Under the pieces are notes generated by a model. That model did no database searches. It worked only from the letters and a program-made list of their open reading frames with translations, and was not told the origin of the DNA. A DNA stretch of 63,991 bases, filler included, from Octopus bimaculoides (Eukaryota), in NCBI RefSeq assembly GCF_001194135.2. It is 6 parts of 6 records of this genome, joined end to end, with 100 filler letters (N's around TTAATTAATTAA, not from the genome) between each part and the next. Parts side by side here need not be neighbours in the genome. Positions count along the whole stretch, not along the records: positions 54,169 to 63,991 come from NC_068996.1; 5 more parts are not named here. One strand, 5' to 3'. Positions 63,787-63,991 of the stretch are shown in pieces. Made by a program: the position numbers and the translations under genes. The stretch's first letter is position 1. Every line of letters begins with the position of its first letter.

Positions 63787-63991
63787 AATTTATTTAAAGT
63801 TACATTACATGTAATAGTTTCATAGGTTGTGAAAACTGAAAAATATTCTTCAGGCACAAACCAAATATCAGTACATTATCTATATATATATGTATATCTA
63901 TGTACTTATATATATATATATATATACATACAACATTACAATTAAAAGGGTAAAGGTTTATCAATTTATTAATTTATTAATAAATTAACAA

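Overview
Eukaryotic, AT-rich, microsatellite-saturated draft-assembly sequence. It is most likely an octopus genome, inferred from my recollection of octopus SINE families and not from a search. I found no host protein-coding gene, true tRNA/rRNA gene or CRISPR array, and nearly all long ORFs in the track are artefacts of simple repeats or N-gaps. Five identical 100-bp spacers (44 N + TTAATTAATTAA + 44 N) show that six separate scaffolds were concatenated, so adjacency across them cannot be trusted. The recognisable content is transposon-derived: (i) three tRNA-headed SINE families (called A, B, C here, more than 30 copies); (ii) decayed non-LTR fragments of R4/Dong-like, HERO-like and RTE clades, two RTE copies carrying a PHD-type finger; (iii) MITEs with Tc1, pogo/Tigger, piggyBac, hAT and Merlin-like signatures, several nested. 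The most interesting signals are two foldback elements (50815-51405 and 54588-55158) tied to hammerhead-ribozyme-like cores, which suggest non-autonomous Penelope-like or retrozyme-like retroelements. Also notable are a Merlin-like MITE containing telomere-like repeats and a CpG-decay contrast between scaffolds. Several unique islands have homeodomain/TALE/CRE motif clusters and are weak enhancer candidates. SINE and LINE boundaries are by eye (about +/-10-20 bp). TIR, TSD and linker coordinates were counted directly.
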